From NCBI GenBank assembly GCA_963787125.1, contig CAWBBV010000013.1, positions 1-12,491 on the forward strand: a DNA stretch of 12,491 bases, read 5' to 3'. The notes under the pieces are model-generated. The model was not told the origin of the DNA. It was given only the letters and a program-made list of their open reading frames with translations, and did no database searches. The DNA comes from an uncultured delta proteobacterium (GTDB lineage: Bacteria; Desulfobacterota; Desulfuromonadia; Geobacterales; DSM-12255). A program made the position numbers and the translations under genes. Below, piece by piece: positions 1-4,812 of this stretch. Position 1 is the stretch's first letter; every line of letters starts with the position of its first letter.

Positions 1-2
1 AC

Positions 3-1547
3 ATCCAGTCGAGAAAGAAGTGGAAAGGGGTGTTTGGCGACGACGCTAAAATTGATCTGACCCCAAGTCATTTATCGGTCTGCGTCTCTTCTCTTGAAGG
101 AGTCAAACTGTTTAATTCCAATCTGGATGTGGTGGATGAAGCGTTTGAATATCTGATAAACAAGAGCAGCAAGGGGGAGAAAGGGCAGTACTTCACCCCG
201 CGCTATGTCATAGACATGTGCGTCAAGATGCTCAACCCGCAAGAGCACGAAACCATGATCGACACTGCTGCCGGTAGCTGCGGCTTTCCGGTGCATACCA
301 TTTTTCATGTCTGGGAGCAGATTATGAAAGAGGAGGGGCTTAACAAGAGCCACCTCTTCACCACAGAGAAAAAGCCAGCTCGCTGTGAAACCTATGTGCA
401 GGAGAAAGTATTCGCCATTGACTTCGATGAAAAGGCGGTGCGAGTAGGGCGGACACTCAACCTGATTGCCGGTGACGGTCAGACCAACGTACTGCACCTG
501 AACACCCTTGACTACGAGCGCTGGTTTGAGAAGACCGATGATAAAGCATGGTTGAAGACCTATTCCCAGGGGTGGTATCGGCTTGATGACCTCCGCAAAG
601 AGCCGGATCAGAACAGGGATTTTAATTTTGACATTCTCATGGCAAATCCCCCTTTTGCCGGTGATATCAAGGAGACACGCATCCTTGCTAAATACGAGCT
701 GGCGAACTCGGTCAGCCTTGACAAGATCAACAAAGTGATTGAGAACGACCCGAATATTGAGGATGCAAGCGGACGGACGCCGACCTTTCCGGAATTTCTC
801 CGTTCCAGTCACGAGAAGATTTACAAGATGGCCGACGGTACCTTCCGCAAGGTAAAGGTAAAGGATCAGAGCAACGTAGGCCGCGATATTCTCTTTATAG
901 AACGTAACCTCAGTTTCATCAAGCCGGGTGGGCGGATGGCGATAGTCCTGCCCCAAGGGCGCTTTAACAACTCCAGTGACAAGGATATCCGCGAATACAT
1001 CGCCGACCAATGCCGCATCCTGGCCGTAGTTGGGCTACACGGCAATGTCTTTAAGCCCCACACCGGCACCAAAACCAGCGTGCTGCTGGTGCAGAAATGG
1101 AACGATGATCCCAAAGCCGGGCCGCTCTGCCCCAGACAGGAAGACTACCCTATCTTCTTTGCCACTATGAAGGAGCCGAGCAAGGACAACAGCGGCGACA
1201 AGATTTATCTGAAGCGCAAAGACCAACCCCTCCCCCGCCTCCCCTTAACAGGGGAGGAGCTATTGTCTGCGTCTGAACGAACAGAGGAAACGGAGGGAGC
1301 GATTGTCTCCTCCCCTGTCAAGGGGAGGTTGGGAGGGGTTGGTGTTGACTCCGGGGTTAACGCCGTTGCCGAGGTAATCAACGTCTACGAGGCCACACCG
1401 AAGGATTTGAATGAATTTGTGCTCGACGCCCATGAACACCTGATCGTCAAGCATGACCTGTTCAACCACGACGGCCTGACCCAGGACGGCATTGCCGAAG
1501 CGTTTATCGAGTTCGCCAAGAAGGAAAACTTAAGTTTTTTTCTCTAG
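3..1547 (+). CDS. hsdM: N6-adenine DNA methyltransferase subunit of a type I / type IIB-like restriction-modification system (5'-truncated by the window edge)
   Basis: Frame is open from base 3 (IQSRKKWKGVFGDD...), so the GTG at 30 is probably internal. Contains GQYFTPR, SAM-binding motif I variant DTAAGSCGF, catalytic NPPF (MANPPF), and LFIERNL..KPGGRMAIVLP. Any N-terminal nuclease domain would lie outside the window, so the subtype cannot be fixed. Confidence 0.92.
   Translation: MQSRKKWKGVFGDDAKIDLTPSHLSVCVSSLEGVKLFNSNLDVVDEAFEYLINKSSKGEKGQYFTPRYVIDMCVKMLNPQEHETMIDTAAGSCGFPVHTIFHVWEQIMKEEGLNKSHLFTTEKKPARCETYVQEKVFAIDFDEKAVRVGRTLNLIAGDGQTNVLHLNTLDYERWFEKTDDKAWLKTYSQGWYRLDDLRKEPDQNRDFNFDILMANPPFAGDIKETRILAKYELANSVSLDKINKVIENDPNIEDASGRTPTFPEFLRSSHEKIYKMADGTFRKVKVKDQSNVGRDILFIERNLSFIKPGGRMAIVLPQGRFNNSSDKDIREYIADQCRILAVVGLHGNVFKPHTGTKTSVLLVQKWNDDPKAGPLCPRQEDYPIFFATMKEPSKDNSGDKIYLKRKDQPLPRLPLTGEELLSASERTEETEGAIVSSPVKGRLGGVGVDSGVNAVAEVINVYEATPKDLNEFVLDAHEHLIVKHDLFNHDGLTQDGIAEAFIEFAKKENLSFFL
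1222..1350. repeat. Palindromic element copy 1 (REP/MITE-like, nested hairpins), translated in frame within the MTase
   Basis: Left arm 1222-1259 ACCAACCCCTCCCCCGCCTCCCCTTAACAGGGGAGGAG is a near-perfect inverted repeat of right arm 1307-1343. Each arm holds an 8-bp hairpin CCTCCCCT-N4-AGGGGAGG. Followed by TTGACT at 1345-1350, as in copy 2. Confidence 0.93.
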
Positions 1548-1577
1548 GCCCTTTTGATGAGGCTCGTTATCGGGCTT
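1521..1577 (+). promoter_or_regulatory. Candidate -1 frameshift/slippage signal joining the MTase to the specificity ORF
   Basis: T7 run at 1535-1541 phased agT TTT TTT ctc TAG. SD-like AAGGA at 1521-1525. Possible stem-loop at 1546-1577. The -1 frame is open from 1457 to 2980. Confidence 0.55.
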
Positions 1578-2980
1578 TGTTGGAAGGGCTGGAAATAAGT
1601 ATTTTATGTTACAAGGATATTTTCGAAAGCGATTGTGGACGAGTCGATTCCGAGTTTTACGGTAAACAGTTCCTTGCGAAAAAAGTCTTACTGGAAAGAT
1701 TAAACTGCAAAAAATTATCTGAGATCTCGACTGTTACTGATGGAGAACATGGTTCTCCAGAATTAGACGATAACAGTGGCATAGCTTACTTATCTGGAAA
1801 TAATGTCAAAGAAAACTACATTGATTTCGACAACGTAAGATACTGTTCACTAAGGCTCCATGAGAAGAACTTACGATCATCGGTCAAAAGAAATAGTGTC
1901 TTGATGTCGATTGTAGGTACTGTTGGCAAAGCAAGTGTTGTCAATACTGATGTGCTAGCGAATACCGATAGGAATGTAGCGACAATAAAAAACATTTCTA
2001 AAGATATAAGCCCCTTTTACCTATCTGTTTTTCTGAATTCAAAGTACGGGCAATTTCAGACGGAAAGATTTTCAACGGGAAATGTTCAACCGTTATTGAA
2101 TCTTTTACAGGTTAAGTCAATCGTTGTCCCTGTATTATCAGATGTTTGTCAGTTTGAAATTCAGTCCGTTTTGAAATATTCGGAACTTCAAAGGATAGAA
2201 TCTAAATCCGTTTATTCTCAAGCCGAAACCATGCTCCTCGACGCGCTCAATCTGACCGGCTTTTCTCCAAGTACCGAAAACAGCAACATCAAATCATTCA
2301 AGGAATCCTTTGCCGCCACGGGACGCTTGGACGCCGAGTATTATCAGCCGAAGTTCGACGAACTGGAAGCCAAGATAGCAGAAAGCCATGAGCTGGTATC
2401 TCTGGGCAGCCTGTTGACGATCAATCAGCGCGGCACCCAGCCTGATTACGCCGATGAAGGGCTACCGGTTGTCAACTCCAAGCATGTGCGGGAAGGTGAA
2501 GTTGTCCTGACCGACAATCGCCTGGCGACCCTTTCGGACAAAGAGAATCCGCTGGTTATCCAACAGGGTGACGTGCTTATCAACGGCACCGGCGTCGGCA
2601 CTATTGGCCGTTCAGCTCCATACCTGCACGAACAGAACGCCATCCCCGACAATCATGTCACCATCTTACGCACCGACAAGCTGAACCCCATCTTTCTTTC
2701 TGTTTATCTGAACTCCATTGCCGGGAAATACCAGGTGGACAAGTATTTCAAAGGCTCTTCCGGGCAGATCGAACTTTATCCGAAAGACATTGAGTGCTTT
2801 TATGTGCCGCTGGTTGATGAAAAGATCCAGACTGAAATTGCCAACCTTGTCAAACAGAGCTTCACCCTCAAAAACGAAAGCGCCAGGCTTCTGGACGTTG
2901 CCAAGCGCGCCGTGGAAATCGCCATTGAGCAGGATGAAACGGCGGCTTTGGCGTACATTGAGGCTAATACAGTCGTATGA
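1577..2980 (+). CDS. hsdS: RM specificity subunit (HsdS-like) with two target recognition domains; start uncertain, possibly translated as a frameshift fusion from 1541
   Basis: Internal duplication GRVDSEFY / GRLDAEYY heads two TRD-like halves (SIVGTVGKA..SPFYLSVFLNSKYGQFQ..TGNVQ and NGTGVGTIGRS..NPIFLSVYLNSIAGKYQ..GSSGQ), each followed by a helical spacer. Lies directly downstream of the MTase. Only TTG starts (1577/1580), with no well-spaced SD. Confidence 0.88.
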   Translation: MLEGLEISILCYKDIFESDCGRVDSEFYGKQFLAKKVLLERLNCKKLSEISTVTDGEHGSPELDDNSGIAYLSGNNVKENYIDFDNVRYCSLRLHEKNLRSSVKRNSVLMSIVGTVGKASVVNTDVLANTDRNVATIKNISKDISPFYLSVFLNSKYGQFQTERFSTGNVQPLLNLLQVKSIVVPVLSDVCQFEIQSVLKYSELQRIESKSVYSQAETMLLDALNLTGFSPSTENSNIKSFKESFAATGRLDAEYYQPKFDELEAKIAESHELVSLGSLLTINQRGTQPDYADEGLPVVNSKHVREGEVVLTDNRLATLSDKENPLVIQQGDVLINGTGVGTIGRSAPYLHEQNAIPDNHVTILRTDKLNPIFLSVYLNSIAGKYQVDKYFKGSSGQIELYPKDIECFYVPLVDEKIQTEIANLVKQSFTLKNESARLLDVAKRAVEIAIEQDETAALAYIEANTVV

Positions 2981-3564
2981 GTCACAGGCAAAGTCAAAGG
3001 CAACCCCTCCCCCGCCTCCCCTTGACAGGGGAGGAGCCTAAACCAAATCTTGCATCTGTGGATCAGGTGATTTCAGAAGAGGGTTGCTTTTCACCCTCCC
3101 CTGAATCTCCTCCCCTGTCAAGGGGAGGCCGGGAGGGGTTAGGGAGGGCCGGGGAGGGGTTGCCTTTGACTTCCGCCGGTCAGGGGTTGGTTCTGCCCTA
3201 CAACAAAACCCTCACCGAACGTGCCCGCGAAAATCGCAAGAATCCGACAAAAGCAGAAAACAAGATCTGGCAAGAAGTCCTGCGCATGAGGCAGTTTGCA
3301 GACTTCAAATTTCTTCGGCAAAAACCGATTGATAACTACATCGTCGATTTTTACTGTTCCGAACTTCGTCTGGTCATTGAAATAGATGGAGATAGCCATG
3401 TTGAAACAATTGAGTATGATGCTGTGCGTACAGCGGTTCTTGAATCTCTGGGGTTGCAGGTTGTCCGTTTCACCAATGATGAAGTGTTGAGAAATATTGA
3501 TGGTGTTTATGACGAATTAACCAGGAAGTGCGGACAGGGTTGTTTCTCATCTAAAAACATCTGA
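2977..3564 (+). CDS. DUF559 / Vsr-like (PD-(D/E)xK) endonuclease domain protein with a repeat-derived N-terminal extension
   Basis: Family-typical ARENRKNPTKAE..W, FLRQKPIDNYIVDFYC, LVIEIDGDSH, D..RT..LESLGLQVVRFTNDEV. ATGA overlap with the S stop codon. About the first 70 aa are the translated palindrome; an alternative in-frame TTG is at 3187. Confidence 0.9.
   Translation: MSHRQSQRQPLPRLPLTGEEPKPNLASVDQVISEEGCFSPSPESPPLSRGGREGLGRAGEGLPLTSAGQGLVLPYNKTLTERARENRKNPTKAENKIWQEVLRMRQFADFKFLRQKPIDNYIVDFYCSELRLVIEIDGDSHVETIEYDAVRTAVLESLGLQVVRFTNDEVLRNIDGVYDELTRKCGQGCFSSKNI
2991..3172. repeat. Palindromic element copy 2 with a perfect 22-bp terminal inverted repeat
   Basis: 2991-3012 AAGTCAAAGGCAACCCCTCCCC is the exact reverse complement of 3151-3172. 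Left arm 3001-3037 matches 1224-1260 at 36/37. Right arm 3106-3140 matches 1306-1340 at 33/35. An extra partial right arm lies at 3141-3162. Confidence 0.95.
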
Positions 3565-3571
3565 GGTATGA

Positions 3572-3862
3572 ATGAACAGCGACATCATCATCCAGCTACA
3601 TAAAAGCTTCGAAGACTACGCCCAACAGGTTGACGGTGAGGAATTCTGGTCTGTCCGCGACCTGCAAGTGCTGTTGGGCTACTCAAAGTGGGAAAACTTT
3701 GCCAAGGTTATCGAGAAGGCCAAGACTGCCTGTCAGACCGCCGGTCATGCGGTCACCGATCATTTTGCTGACGTCAGCAAAACGATCCCGATGCCCAAGG
3801 GTGCGGAAAAAGAGATCGACGATCTCATGCTTACCCGTTACGCCTGCTGTAAATCCGCCTGA
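3572..3862 (+). pseudogene. dinD: DNA-damage-inducible protein D (DinD / BRO-N-like), N-terminal fragment only
   Basis: FE..A...GEEFWS.RDLQ.LLGYSKWENF.KVIEKAK.AC...G..V.DHF..V.K.I....GA..EIDD.MLTRYAC is the DinD N-terminus. Similarity stops abruptly after RYAC (3847), followed by CKSA-stop. No continuation seen in the other frames. GAGG SD at 3563-3566. Confidence 0.82.
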
Positions 3863-3868
3863 CCAACT

Positions 3869-4582
3869 TCACTGAAGCGCAGCGGCAATAGCCTGAAGCT
3901 GAACATCACTCAGTCCCGAGAGACTTCCCATCCCTCCCGAGTTAGCGTTAATAGCGCCCCTTATTTGTGCGGCAGTCTTTCCGCGTTTTGTCGAGGCTAT
4001 CAAAGTATTATGACAGCCCGCACAGTTGGATCCGTACAAGGCCGCTCCATCAAGCGCCGGGGCAGAAGGTGTCACGTTCGGATCAGCTGCAGTTGCCGTT
4101 GAAACAGGAGCTGCCAGGGGATTTTGCAGGGCATCACGCTGGGCTGCAGTCAAGGAGTTTGACGACATGCCGCGCGATCCCCGTTTTGTGTTTGAGTGGC
4201 AGTTATAGCAGACAGATTCATACAGAAAAGAGCCGCCAAGAATTGTCCAGAGATGAGCATGACTATTTGCGGTTGATGAGGTCACTTTGAGCTGCATACC
4301 GGCCTTAAGGTCTGCAAACTGGGCGCTTGACAAGGCAACAGTGTGGGTGTGTCCGGCGGCGGCACTGCTCACATAATTGACTTGGGCAGCCCCACCCGGA
4401 TCAGTAAACGGTATGGTCACGTTGTGGGTGTGATTGTCAGGAGTTGCTGTCGCGGAAGTAGCCACTGAAGCCGTCAACGGAGAAGCCGGGCGGGATAATT
4501 CGTCATCTTCGCTGCCACAGCCGGTGAGCCCGGAGACGGTCAAAACAGTTGCCACAAGCAGATAGCCTAGCGTTGTTCGCAT
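3869..4582 (-). CDS. Lipoprotein c-type cytochrome, two CxxCH hemes, with three HxH repeats (237 aa)
   Basis: ATG at 4582 with GAGG SD (4588-4591 on the - strand). Signal peptide MRTTLGYLLVATVLTVSGLTG-C with lipobox. CYNCH at 4196-4210 and CAGCH at 4010-4024. C-terminal class I cytochrome-like domain DGAALYGSNCAGCH...GGM...LSDVQLQAIAAAL. Confidence 0.88.
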   Translation of the reverse strand: MRTTLGYLLVATVLTVSGLTGCGSEDDELSRPASPLTASVATSATATPDNHTHNVTIPFTDPGGAAQVNYVSSAAAGHTHTVALSSAQFADLKAGMQLKVTSSTANSHAHLWTILGGSFLYESVCYNCHSNTKRGSRGMSSNSLTAAQRDALQNPLAAPVSTATAADPNVTPSAPALDGAALYGSNCAGCHNTLIASTKRGKTAAQIRGAINANSGGMGSLSGLSDVQLQAIAAALQ

Positions 4583-4658
4583 AATAACCTCGATAATCAA
4601 AATAATGTTGTGTTTAAGATAGTTGTTGCTTGAAAATAGCACAATTACGGGAAATATC

Positions 4659-4752
4659 AAGACTAAAAAGATAGTCTTAGTCTTTTTAGCGGAAGACACT
4701 CACGGTCATTGACACTGATATTGACACCCGCCTCTGACACTGCTATTGAAAC
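4659..4752. promoter_or_regulatory. Divergent promoter region (cytochrome / glnD) with inverted and direct repeats
   Basis: Inverted repeats CTAAAAAGA(4663-4671)/TCTTTTTAG(4681-4689) and AAGACTA(4659-4665)/TAGTCTT(4672-4678). 18-bp direct repeat at 4710-4727 and 4735-4752. TTGACA hexamers at 4709 and 4721. Confidence 0.45.
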
Positions 4753-4812
4753 TTGATAACAATTTTTGCCGTTAGACTTTCATGAAACGTAGTAGGGCAG
4801 TAAGGAGCATTA

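Noticed and set aside
1741..1759. 8-bp inverted repeat TGGAGAAC-ATG-GTTCTCCA in hsdS
   Set aside because: Single short hairpin inside coding sequence, compatible with chance.
1222..3172. Palindromic arms as a CRISPR array
   Set aside because: The arms are in inverted pairs 1.8 kb apart, not regularly spaced direct repeats, and no cas genes are present.
4583..4699. 39-aa N-terminal extension of the cytochrome ORF in the ORF track
   Set aside because: The ATG at 4582 has an SD and begins a clean lipoprotein signal peptide. The upstream stretch is AT-rich promoter DNA.
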